Origin: Bacteroidota bacterium
Lineage (GTDB): Bacteria; Bacteroidota; Bacteroidia; J057
Length of the DNA stretch: 25,591 nucleotides
Assembly: GCA_039184535.1 (NCBI GenBank)
Contig: JBCDBC010000001.1
Span: 1-25,591, forward strand
Direction of reading: 5' to 3'
A program made the position numbers and the translations under genes. The notes beneath the pieces are model-generated. The model had not been told where the DNA came from. It did no database searches and was given only the letters and a program-made list of their open reading frames with translations. Shown here one piece after another: positions 1 to 9,575 of the stretch. How positions within the stretch are numbered: position 1 is the first letter of the stretch; every line of letters starts with the position of its first letter.

Positions 1-10
1 CATTATGTCT

Positions 11-553
11 TTATACAATTTCCTGCTGCTCAACTGCTCGAGGATTACCATTTTGGGGTAGGTAGGGAGCCTCTTCTTTGTTTGTTTCTTTTCCATTATA
101 CTTGACTACAAGGAAATAACTTAGGGCTAGAATGACGGCGCCCATCCCTACACCAAATCCAAGTAAGTCTGTCTTCTCATCCCAGGTAACCACTTTATTA
201 GTGAAGGATACACTCATGACTACAATGACAATTTTAACCAACATGGATTTAAGTTGATCCAGGTCCTTTACTACCAGCCATTTTGGTAGACCTTTGATAT
301 CGCTGACAAATAGCTCAAATAAACCCACAGACATGATGAATATCGCGATGCCAAGTAGGTACAAGTCTACGGCATGTAGGGACTTTTTGACTACATCTCC
401 TTCAGTGGCGTAATCACTAACTGCCGTCTTTATGACCAGAAAAGTCTCGTAAGAAGCATAGCCGATCACGCTAATGGATACCAGTCCTATTCCGATGATA
501 GAGGTTATTCCCACTCCCTTAAGGATGGATTTAAAGACGGTTGATGAGTTCAT
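11..553 (-). CDS. YqhA/UPF0114-family membrane protein
   Basis: 180 aa with about 4 hydrophobic segments. The motifs 'DLYLLGIAIFIMSVGLFELF' and 'WLVVKDLDQLKSMLVKIVIV' resemble YqhA/UPF0114 proteins. Confidence 0.75.
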   Translation of the reverse strand: MNSSTVFKSILKGVGITSIIGIGLVSISVIGYASYETFLVIKTAVSDYATEGDVVKKSLHAVDLYLLGIAIFIMSVGLFELFVSDIKGLPKWLVVKDLDQLKSMLVKIVIVVMSVSFTNKVVTWDEKTDLLGFGVGMGAVILALSYFLVVKYNGKETNKEEAPYLPQNGNPRAVEQQEIV

Positions 554-682
554 TTGTGGAGATTAAGCAAGTCTGTAAGTATGATCCCAATGGAAAGATA
601 CCTTTATTGAAAAGTAGATTTAGGGAAAATAGTTTTAAGCTCTTTGGCTAATGTAGGTATGAGCCTTAAGCAACTAGTTTCC

Positions 683-690
683 TAAGTTTG
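683..690 (+). promoter_or_regulatory. Possible Bacteroidota sigma-A -7 element (TAAGTTTG) upstream of the BNR/VPS10 gene
   Basis: Exact match to TAnnTTTG, ending 83 nt before the ATG at 774. No TTTG -33 element at canonical spacing. Confidence 0.3.
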
Positions 691-773
691 ATCCTGTAGC
701 CTAGTAATTTTTCAAATTCTCTGCCCATACGGTAGAAATTTGTTATTTTGGTAGGCTATTTATTAATAGAATT

Positions 774-3700
774 ATGAGAAACCACTTTGTTAATCTTTCA
801 GGAATTTTTGTCCTGCTATGTCTGATTTTTTCTGTTCCATCTGCATATGCCCAGCAAGAGAATCTGGCTGAAAGCTGGATGCAAGGACTCCTCTATAGAA
901 ATATAGGACCTTACAGAGGAGGAAGGGTAACCACGGTTACAGGGATCCCGGAAAAGCCTTATACCTTCTTCATGGGAACCACTGGTGGAGGTGTTTGGAA
1001 AACAGCAGATGGAGGTAGTACCTGGAAAAACATTACGGATGGCTATGTAAAAGTAGGTTCTATAGGCGCCGTAGAAGTGGCACCTTCTGATCCAAATGTT
1101 TTGTATGTGGGGACAGGTTCCGCCAGTCCCAGAGGAAATATTTCTACCGGAAAGGGGATCTATAAATCTGTAGATGGAGGGAAAAGCTGGTCCTTCATAG
1201 GACTGGAAAAGACAGGGCAGATAGCTAAAATCGTCATTCATCCCGATAATCCCGACTGGCTATATGTGGCTGCCTTGGGAAATATCTTCGGCCCTAATCC
1301 TGAAAGAGGGGTGTATAAAAGTACTGATGGAGGTGCTAGCTGGGAGAAAGTATGTTACCTAAGTGAGAAAACGGGAGCTATAGATCTGGTGATGGATCCT
1401 ACTAATCCCCGCATTCTATATGCAGGTTTTTGGAGAGTAGAAAGAAAACCCTGGACTTTGATAGATGGGGACCTGGAAGGAGGGGTATACAAAAGTACCG
1501 ACCATGGAGAGACATGGACCAAGTTGGAGGGAGGACTCCCCAACGGGGTAGCAGGAAGAATAGGGATAGCTATTTCTCCCGTAAATCCTAATAAACTATG
1601 GGTGATCAGAGAGGCTAAGGAAGAAAGTCAGGGAGGAATCTTTTTTTCTCAGGATGCAGGTAATAGTTGGAAACGAATTAACAGAGATCATAAACTCAGA
1701 CAGAGGGCCTGGTATTATTCACGCATTTTTGCTGACCCGCAGGATGAACATACCGTCTATGTTACTAACACAGGCTTTTATAAATCGGTAGATGGTGGAA
1801 AATCCTTTATCCGTATTCGTACTCCTCATGGGGATAACCATTGTTTGTGGGTGAATCCTCACAATACCGACATCATGATAGAGTCTAATGATGGAGGTGC
1901 CAATGTCTCTTTCAATGGAGGGATGACCTGGTCCACACAGTATAATCAGCCTACGGCTGAGTTCTACCGTGTATCAGTAGACAATCGGTATCCTTACCGA
2001 GTATATGGTGCTCAGCAAGATAATTCTACTATAACAGTACCCAGCAATAGTCCCGGAGGGATCTCGCCTAAGCAACATTGGTATGCGGTAGGGGGAGGAG
2101 AGAGTGGACATATAGCGGTGGACCCACGTGATGCTAACATCATTTATGCAGGCAACTATATAGGACGAATAGACAGAACGGACAGAAGTAAAGGACATAC
2201 GCGTAACATAGTGGCCTATCCCCAAATGCATGATGGGGTAGCACCCAGAGATATCAAGTACCGCTTTCAGTGGAATGCGCCTATTCGCCTTTCTCCACAT
2301 AATCCGGATGTCTTGTACCACTGCTCTCAATATGTGCACAGATCGAAAGATAAGGGAGACACCTGGGAGGTGATTAGCCCAGACCTGACTACCGATAATG
2401 ACGACTATCACGATATTCCCGGTGGCCCTGTCCAACATGACCATACAGGAGTGGAGCTTTATACCACCATTTTCTCTTTCGAAGAGTCTCCCCTGACACA
2501 AGGAGAGCTATGGGCCGGGACAGATGACGGCAGAGTACATATTAGCACCAATGATGGAGAAAACTGGACAGAAATTACTCCGGCAGATATGCCCAGAGAA
2601 GGAACTGTAAATACACTTGACCTTTCTACTCACGAGAAAGGGAGATGTATTATGACAGTGTATAAATACCGTGATGATGATTCTCGTCCATATGTTTTTC
2701 TCACCAATGATTATGGGAAAAATTGGAAGCTCTTAACAGATGGGAATAATGGAATCCCAGCTGATCACTTTGTAAGAGTGGTAAGAGAAGATCCTGACAG
2801 AAAGGGGCTATTGTATGCCGGAACAGAATTCGGGATGTTTATCTCCTTCAATGAAGGAGAGAGCTGGGAGCCTTTCCAGCTAAATCTACCTCATACGCCT
2901 ATCACGGATATGCTGGTGTACAGAAATGATCTGGTCATTTCTACTCAGGGAAGGTCTTTCTGGATTTTAGATGATATTAGTCCTTTACATGATGAGGGCT
3001 TTGGGAAGGATGGTAATCAGGCTTACCTATTCAGCCCAAGAACAGCTTACAGAACGCAGCTACGTGGCTTTAGGGGAGGTAGTGCGCCTAAATCAGCGCC
3101 TAGAGGAGCCAGTATGTATTTCTACATGCCAGAAGATCAACTATTAGATCTTGTGAGGGTAGTGGTGAAAGAAAAAGACGGAACGCTGATTCGGACCTTT
3201 AGTACTCAACCTGACAAATCCTTAAGGGAAGATAAGCTTTCCCTAAAAGCGGGCTTGAATAGATTTATCTGGGACCTTAAATACCCTAAGGTAGAATTAC
3301 AAAAAGGATCTTTTATGTCCCTTGCCAATACAGGTGGAGCATGGGCGGCTCCTGGCACCTACACCATAGAATTGGAGGCTGGTGATCAAACCTTAAGTAC
3401 TGAGCTTACCATCAAAGCTGATCCTCGTTGGGAAGCATCTGAAGAGGATCTGCAGGAACAGTTCAGACTCACCCGAGAAGTGCAGATGAGTCTGGAAGAA
3501 ATCCATCAGAACATAGGGAAGATCAGGTCTATCAAGAAGCAAAGCCAGGAAACGGCCAAGCGTGCTGTAAGAGCAGGTTTTGATAAGTCGCTGGTAGTAA
3601 TGGCGGAGGAACTGGGAAGTAAACTCTCAGAAATAGAGGAAGAACTCATTCAGGTAAAAAATGAGAGTAGCCAGGACCCCATCAATTATCCACCCAGATT

Positions 3701-3908
3701 GGATGATCAATTTGCGTACTTGTATTCTACCGTAAATAGCCAGGATGATAGACCTACGCAGGGGTGCTATGAGAGATATGAAGATTTGAAAAAAGAATAT
3801 CAGTTATATCAGGAGAAAATAGACAAGATCATTTCGGAGGATCTGAAAGCTTTTGATATAGCACTGGAAGATGCGGGTGTTCCGAGGGTGATACCTTCAG
3901 AGAGATAA
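774..3908 (+). CDS. Secreted BNR/Asp-box repeat (VPS10/sortilin-like beta-propeller) protein, putative glycosyl hydrolase-like
   Basis: 1044 aa with an N-terminal signal peptide (ending SAYA-Q). About 11 Asp-box repeats of the S/T-x-D-x-G-x-(S/T)-W type (WKTADGGSTW, YKSVDGGKSW, YKSTDGGASW, YKSTDHGETW, FFSQDAGNSW, HRSKDKGDTW, FLTNDYGKNW and others). C-terminal helical tail. Confidence 0.85.
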   Translation: MRNHFVNLSGIFVLLCLIFSVPSAYAQQENLAESWMQGLLYRNIGPYRGGRVTTVTGIPEKPYTFFMGTTGGGVWKTADGGSTWKNITDGYVKVGSIGAVEVAPSDPNVLYVGTGSASPRGNISTGKGIYKSVDGGKSWSFIGLEKTGQIAKIVIHPDNPDWLYVAALGNIFGPNPERGVYKSTDGGASWEKVCYLSEKTGAIDLVMDPTNPRILYAGFWRVERKPWTLIDGDLEGGVYKSTDHGETWTKLEGGLPNGVAGRIGIAISPVNPNKLWVIREAKEESQGGIFFSQDAGNSWKRINRDHKLRQRAWYYSRIFADPQDEHTVYVTNTGFYKSVDGGKSFIRIRTPHGDNHCLWVNPHNTDIMIESNDGGANVSFNGGMTWSTQYNQPTAEFYRVSVDNRYPYRVYGAQQDNSTITVPSNSPGGISPKQHWYAVGGGESGHIAVDPRDANIIYAGNYIGRIDRTDRSKGHTRNIVAYPQMHDGVAPRDIKYRFQWNAPIRLSPHNPDVLYHCSQYVHRSKDKGDTWEVISPDLTTDNDDYHDIPGGPVQHDHTGVELYTTIFSFEESPLTQGELWAGTDDGRVHISTNDGENWTEITPADMPREGTVNTLDLSTHEKGRCIMTVYKYRDDDSRPYVFLTNDYGKNWKLLTDGNNGIPADHFVRVVREDPDRKGLLYAGTEFGMFISFNEGESWEPFQLNLPHTPITDMLVYRNDLVISTQGRSFWILDDISPLHDEGFGKDGNQAYLFSPRTAYRTQLRGFRGGSAPKSAPRGASMYFYMPEDQLLDLVRVVVKEKDGTLIRTFSTQPDKSLREDKLSLKAGLNRFIWDLKYPKVELQKGSFMSLANTGGAWAAPGTYTIELEAGDQTLSTELTIKADPRWEASEEDLQEQFRLTREVQMSLEEIHQNIGKIRSIKKQSQETAKRAVRAGFDKSLVVMAEELGSKLSEIEEELIQVKNESSQDPINYPPRLDDQFAYLYSTVNSQDDRPTQGCYERYEDLKKEYQLYQEKIDKIISEDLKAFDIALEDAGVPRVIPSER

Positions 3909-3954
3909 AAAAGTAAGTAAGGATTTATAGTCGTAGGAAAAATCATTCATCTCT

Positions 3955-4004
3955 TTTAGCTCTTACTAGCTTGGGGTTTAAACCCCAAGCTAGTAAGAGC
4001 TAAA
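3955..4004. repeat. Perfect 50-bp palindrome (REP-like; probable bidirectional terminator)
   Basis: TTTAGCTCTTACTAGCTTGGGGTTT|AAACCCCAAGCTAGTAAGAGCTAAA has 25-bp arms and no spacer. It lies between convergent genes. A partial copy occurs at 4031-4045. Confidence 0.9.
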
Positions 4005-4059
4005 TGCTGGCAAATGATTGGTTAAATCACTAAACCCCAGGCTACTTTTTTATGATTTA

Positions 4060-4929
4060 TTATTCATCCAACAGCTTATCTATTTTCCCGCCCAAGCTGG
4101 CAGGTAAGTTTTCTCCAGGGAAGAAGCCGACATGTCTAAATCGGATATTTCCTTTTTTATCAATGATAAGGGTATTTGGAATGGAACTGATGTCCATTTC
4201 CCCTTGTAGATTATAAAAGTCTAAGGCTATGGGAAGGGCATACTGTTTCCGTTCCTGGAAGGCCTGAACCCTCTCTGGCGTATCTCCGTTTCCTAAGGTA
4301 TTCAGAAACCAAAACTGTACATCTTCATTTTCCTCATATTGACTATAAAGAATCTCCATATCCGGAAAAGCTTGTAAGCAGGGCCCACACCATGTTCCCC
4401 AAAAGTCAAGAACTACCACTTTACCTTCGGATTCTTCAGGAAGAACGGTCTTCCCATCCAGGGTTACAAAGGTCAGGGCCGGCGCAGGTGTATCATCTGA
4501 AGAGTTCAGAAACATAGAGAAAGCAAAAGGGAAGAGCACAAAAGCAACTACTGGAATCAGGGCTGCCGGGATCACTATTTTCTTCAGAAACTCTTTCTCT
4601 TTCCATTGGGCTAATCCAGCTGCATATTCGGCTCCTGTACTAGCCATGATGAAGGCAAATAGGGGGAGGAAAACATCCCTTTCTATCAGAAACATAAGCC
4701 CAAAGAAGGTAATTCCTCCTACAGCTGCTCCCAGATAGGAAGGGTTGACCTCATAGAATTCTCTATGGATCAGGCCTCCTGCTAGAGCTACTAATCCTAG
4801 GAAGGTGAACTTCCAGGCAAAGGATAGTTCCTGAAGAAAGTATAAACCTATCAGAATAACCACAGAGGTCAGGACAGCCGGTACATAGCTGAGAATGGTT
4901 TTACTAATTTCTCCTGATCTTTTTTCCAT
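4060..4929 (-). CDS. TlpA-like thiol-disulfide oxidoreductase with an N-terminal multi-pass membrane region
   Basis: C-terminal thioredoxin-fold motifs 'VVVLDFWGTWCGPC' (CxxC) and 'SIPNTLIIDKKGNIRFRHVG'. The N-terminal ~145 aa are hydrophobic. The ORF-track start at 4941 is TTG; the first ATG is at 4929. Confidence 0.85.
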   Translation of the reverse strand: MEKRSGEISKTILSYVPAVLTSVVILIGLYFLQELSFAWKFTFLGLVALAGGLIHREFYEVNPSYLGAAVGGITFFGLMFLIERDVFLPLFAFIMASTGAEYAAGLAQWKEKEFLKKIVIPAALIPVVAFVLFPFAFSMFLNSSDDTPAPALTFVTLDGKTVLPEESEGKVVVLDFWGTWCGPCLQAFPDMEILYSQYEENEDVQFWFLNTLGNGDTPERVQAFQERKQYALPIALDFYNLQGEMDISSIPNTLIIDKKGNIRFRHVGFFPGENLPASLGGKIDKLLDE

Positions 4930-5024
4930 GAGAAAGTTCAAAAAGGTTTATTGAGAGTTACGGACAAATTGCATTTGAGATATGCTCCCAGTTGTCTTCC
5001 AACTGATAGTTGACGGAGTTTCTC

Positions 5025-5756
5025 TTATTTCGATAATAGTGGTGGGTAGATGAAAACCCTGGTATCTACCTCTTCTTGCACCTCTATGGTTTCCCAACTG
5101 ATTTGCTGGATGAGTTGGTCATTGATGCGTGTTTCAAGCGTATAGGGAAGCATATAACCCTCCGTTTCCCTATAATCACTCATATAGGTTTCTAGTCGTT
5201 GACCACGAGCAGGTCCTGTGGGGATGATTTTGCGGTTGAGCGTAGGGCGATACAGATCAGGGTCTATGAAGTAAAACTCCAGAATTTGTTCTTGATTAGC
5301 CAAGCTCAGCATATAAGCATCTCTATCATCTACTTTTATTTTTCCCAACAAGGTAGGCGTTAGGCCCTTTTCTGCTGTTCTGAAAAGGTTATTATCGAGA
5401 GAATTAGACTGCCATTCCAGCAGTTGATCTTCGGGCAAAAAGGAAGGGGATGGGTTTCCATTTAGGGGATTCAGCATCCATGCTCTTTGTCCATCAAAGG
5501 CCTGTATGACAGTATCTCCTCTGATGACCATTTCTACCCGCTGTAGATTAGGTTTTACCTGGGTAACTTTTATAGGGTAGGTTTCTTCCCCTAATATGAT
5601 ACTCCCCTGAAAAGTAATGGATTCCAGTTCTTCCCATAATTCCTCACCTCCGGCGTTAATTCTATATTTCTCCAGGACCTGCTGGGCTGTACTATCCTGA
5701 CCGAATGTGTGACCTACCATCAGCAGGGAAAGGAAAAGGAAAGTAATGGATCTCAT
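5025..5756 (-). CDS. Exported LolA-like (outer-membrane lipoprotein-sorting-type) protein
   Basis: The ATG at 5756 gives a clean signal peptide (MRSITFLFLSLLMVGHTFG-Q). The motifs 'AQQVLEKY..AGG', 'IQAFDGQRAW' and 'DYRETEGYMLPY' resemble Bacteroidota LolA-like proteins. The ORF-track start at 5816 runs through the eno terminator. Confidence 0.65.
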   Translation of the reverse strand: MRSITFLFLSLLMVGHTFGQDSTAQQVLEKYRINAGGEELWEELESITFQGSIILGEETYPIKVTQVKPNLQRVEMVIRGDTVIQAFDGQRAWMLNPLNGNPSPSFLPEDQLLEWQSNSLDNNLFRTAEKGLTPTLLGKIKVDDRDAYMLSLANQEQILEFYFIDPDLYRPTLNRKIIPTGPARGQRLETYMSDYRETEGYMLPYTLETRINDQLIQQISWETIEVQEEVDTRVFIYPPLLSK

Positions 5757-5777
5757 ATTTGTCAAAACAATTGGATA

Positions 5778-5785
5778 CAAATATA
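5778..5785 (-). promoter_or_regulatory. Candidate -7 element TATATTTG for the LolA-like gene
   Basis: Exact TAnnTTTG match on the minus strand, ending 21 nt before the ATG at 5756. The nearest TTTG is at a non-canonical 12-nt spacing. Confidence 0.4.
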
Positions 5786-5813
5786 CCCCAACTTCCACAA
5801 AAGAAAGCTGGGG
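5786..5813 (-). terminator. Probable intrinsic terminator after eno
   Basis: The minus-strand hairpin CCCCAGCUUUC-UUUUGU-GGAAGUUGGGG is followed by UAUAUUUGUAU and starts 26 nt after the eno stop. Confidence 0.6.
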
Positions 5814-5839
5814 CATCCAAATTTTATCTCAAAAGAAGA

Positions 5840-7213
<1,374 letters not shown>

Positions 7214-7279
7214 TTATGTTGAATATAGTGCTATGCTTGTACGGCTTATATAGGCCATTCTCTCGAACATCTTTGTTAC

Positions 7280-8074
7280 ATGAATTCATTAACGGTTTCT
7301 GCCCTTCAGCTCGACCTAGTCTGGGAAAATCCTACAGAAAATAGAAAGAAGATTGAGCGCATGCTGCTGAATGGAGCGCCTCCTTCTGACGTAATCATTC
7401 TTCCGGAAATGTTTACGACCGGATTTACCATGGCTTCTTCAAAATGTTATGAAGAAATGGGGGGAGATACCCATCAGTGGCTGGAGGAAATGGCCCGACA
7501 ATACCACTGTCTGTTTCTGGGAAGTCTCATCATTAAGGAGAATGAACAGTATTACAACAGATTGTTGGCAGTGAGTGAAGATGGGCTGTTAGCGCAGTAT
7601 GATAAACGCCACCTTTTCAGGATGGCCAATGAAGATGAGAACTATACCAGAGGAGAGGACTGGGTAACTTTCGAATATAGAGGGTGGAAAATCTGTCCTC
7701 AGATTTGTTATGACCTTCGTTTTCCTGTCTGGAGTAGGAACAAAGAGAATGATTCACAAGAGATGAGCTATGACCTCCTCATTTATGTAGCTAACTGGCC
7801 TGCGAAACGGGTTCACCACTGGGACACCCTCCTAAAAGCCCGCGCCATAGAAAACCAGGCCTTTGTGGTAGGCGTGAATCGTGTGGGAGTAGATGGGATA
7901 GATATTCCTTATACCGGACATACGGCTATTCTCTCTTATGTAGGGGATGCTTTGGCCTACAGTGAGAATGAAGAAAACCTACTAACAGCTACCCTCCGCC
8001 CGGAAGGGATCCAAAAGTACAGGCAGAGTTTTCCTGTATGGAAAGATGCTGACAAGTTTTCTCTACATGATTAG
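7280..8074 (+). CDS. Carbon-nitrogen hydrolase (nitrilase family; omega-amidase YafV/Nit2-like)
   Basis: The Glu-Lys-Cys triad is intact in the motifs LPEMF, YDKRHLF and QICYDLRFP. Also LLKARAIENQ and GVNRVG. Confidence 0.9.
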   Translation: MNSLTVSALQLDLVWENPTENRKKIERMLLNGAPPSDVIILPEMFTTGFTMASSKCYEEMGGDTHQWLEEMARQYHCLFLGSLIIKENEQYYNRLLAVSEDGLLAQYDKRHLFRMANEDENYTRGEDWVTFEYRGWKICPQICYDLRFPVWSRNKENDSQEMSYDLLIYVANWPAKRVHHWDTLLKARAIENQAFVVGVNRVGVDGIDIPYTGHTAILSYVGDALAYSENEENLLTATLRPEGIQKYRQSFPVWKDADKFSLHD

Positions 8075-8079
8075 ACGAC

Positions 8080-8706
8080 TTATTTCTTATCAAATAGTAC
8101 ACGCTGCCAGAACTGCCAGCTTTGTAAGCCCGTTTTCTGCATCTTTTTGTAGCTTTCAAGAGGAAGAAAACAAGTAACCTTCACAAAGGACTGTTCGTGG
8201 ACAGCTTTTTCAATTTCGTCTTTCCCCATTTTGTTCAGGGGGGTATATGTTTGTGGTTGGTAGATCCAATCCCAAGGAGTTTCATCAGTTACCCAATAAA
8301 AGCCAGCCGGGTAACTTTTAGAGAAGGTGTATAACTTTTTCCCATATTTTTCCAGGTAGGATCCACTTAAAATTAAATGGAAACTGAAGTGGTGCCCCCA
8401 CAGCGCCAGGGATCTAAATAGAAATATATCTCCCTGCTGAATATGTCTGGGGAAATCTAACACTCTGTAGGAGTAAGTCTGGTAATTCTCTCCCTTGGAG
8501 ATCTTAGGCCCCTGGGTGAAAATACTTTCCGGTAAATCATACTTTGAGTCCAGCGAATTTATATTCAGTTGAGTATGTAACTCACTGAGCATATCCTCAA
8601 GCTTTTGAGAAATCCGCTGTTTGAGAGGCATAAGGGCTTTATCCGTTAGCAGATTCAGTTCTTCTTCATTGAATTCTGTAACGCGTTCCATTTCTATCTG
8701 TAGCAT
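8080..8706 (-). CDS. Conserved hypothetical protein
   Basis: 208-aa ORF filling the gap between genes. The segment 'PKISKGENY...VLDFPR...WGHHFSFHLILSG' looks like a Bacteroidota family of unknown function. Confidence 0.7.
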   Translation of the reverse strand: MLQIEMERVTEFNEEELNLLTDKALMPLKQRISQKLEDMLSELHTQLNINSLDSKYDLPESIFTQGPKISKGENYQTYSYRVLDFPRHIQQGDIFLFRSLALWGHHFSFHLILSGSYLEKYGKKLYTFSKSYPAGFYWVTDETPWDWIYQPQTYTPLNKMGKDEIEKAVHEQSFVKVTCFLPLESYKKMQKTGLQSWQFWQRVLFDKK

Positions 8707-8876
8707 CCGTGAATGGGTAAGTGGTTACGTCAGGTAAATTTGATGTATATATTAGTAAATCAAAAATGAAAATGACCTATGGGCCTTACCTTAAAGTCAA
8801 AAAATCTGATCCACTTGTCAATTATGGTACCTGATAGGTCAAGGTGTTTTTTTAGTACAAACGAACTATTCAATCT

Positions 8877-9425
8877 ATGAAAAGAAACGGTTGGGTGTTA
8901 GTAATCATTTTGCTTCTGGCAGTGGCTTGTGCACCTGTAAGCAAGAAGCAGTTTATTGCCGAGCATGAGCACTTTGTAGCTCAGGTAGCTACAGACTATG
9001 AAAACTATGATGAAGATGATTGGGAAGAGAAAAACGAGCGAATGAAAGAGTACTGGGAAGAGGTATACCCTGAGTTTGAAGATGAGATGAGTTTGGAAGA
9101 AAAGACAGAACTTACTGCCGATGCAGTGCGCTATTATCTCTACCAATACAGGGACCAGACCTTGCACATGATTGATCAGGCTGATGAGAGACATCTGGAA
9201 ATCCTTAAGGAGAATATGCAGATCGCTACTGAGGCTGGAGTGGACTTTGTAGATGAGATGCTGCCATATTTTGAAGAAATGTTACCTGAATTTGAGGCGC
9301 TTGCCAGAAAACTGGAAAAACAGTTTAACAGCAAGGACTTTCAGCGTCAATTAGAGAAAAGTTTGAATAAGCTTAAGGATAGGATAGAAGAGATGGAGGA
9401 TATTGAGATCGAGGTAGAGGACTAA
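8877..9425 (+). CDS. Acidic, alpha-helical lipoprotein of unknown function
   Basis: Signal peptide II (MKRNGWVLVIILLLAVA-C, Cys18). The mature region is very Glu/Asp-rich with helical patterning. Confidence 0.75.
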   Translation: MKRNGWVLVIILLLAVACAPVSKKQFIAEHEHFVAQVATDYENYDEDDWEEKNERMKEYWEEVYPEFEDEMSLEEKTELTADAVRYYLYQYRDQTLHMIDQADERHLEILKENMQIATEAGVDFVDEMLPYFEEMLPEFEALARKLEKQFNSKDFQRQLEKSLNKLKDRIEEMEDIEIEVED

Positions 9426-9460
9426 CCATCTATATGTAAGTTGAATATTGTGAATATAGC

Positions 9461-9495
9461 CTCCCTTTGCTAAATGGTAAAGGGAGTTTTTGTTT
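9461..9495 (+). terminator. Intrinsic terminator after the lipoprotein gene
   Basis: CTCCCTTTGC-TAAATG-GTAAAGGGAG forms a 10-bp stem with one G:U pair and is followed by TTTTTGTTT. Confidence 0.85.
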
Positions 9496-9575
9496 GGTGG
9501 AATGAAATTTTATGTAGTGTATAATACTGTTTGATAAATTGGGTTTATAAGTAGAGGACACATCAATAAAGCAGG

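Noticed and set aside
816-2501. Minus-strand ORFs 816-1241, 1355-1543 and 1974-2501
   Set aside because: They are antisense shadows of the BNR/VPS10 gene with no recognisable motifs.
3955-4045. Palindrome considered as a CRISPR repeat or IS end
   Set aside because: There is no repeat-spacer periodicity, cas gene, transposase or target-site duplication in the window.
5757-5816. N-terminal extension of the LolA-like ORF in the track; likewise eno 7130-7189 and TlpA 4930-4941
   Set aside because: Downstream ATGs give the family-typical N-terminus or signal peptide. The LolA-like extension also runs through a terminator.
8735-8742. TAAATTTG as a promoter for the lipoprotein, and the TGACCTAT/ATAGGTCA inverted pair in the same spacer
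   Set aside because: There is no -33 element at proper spacing, and the 8-bp arms are about 50 nt apart. Both are compatible with chance.
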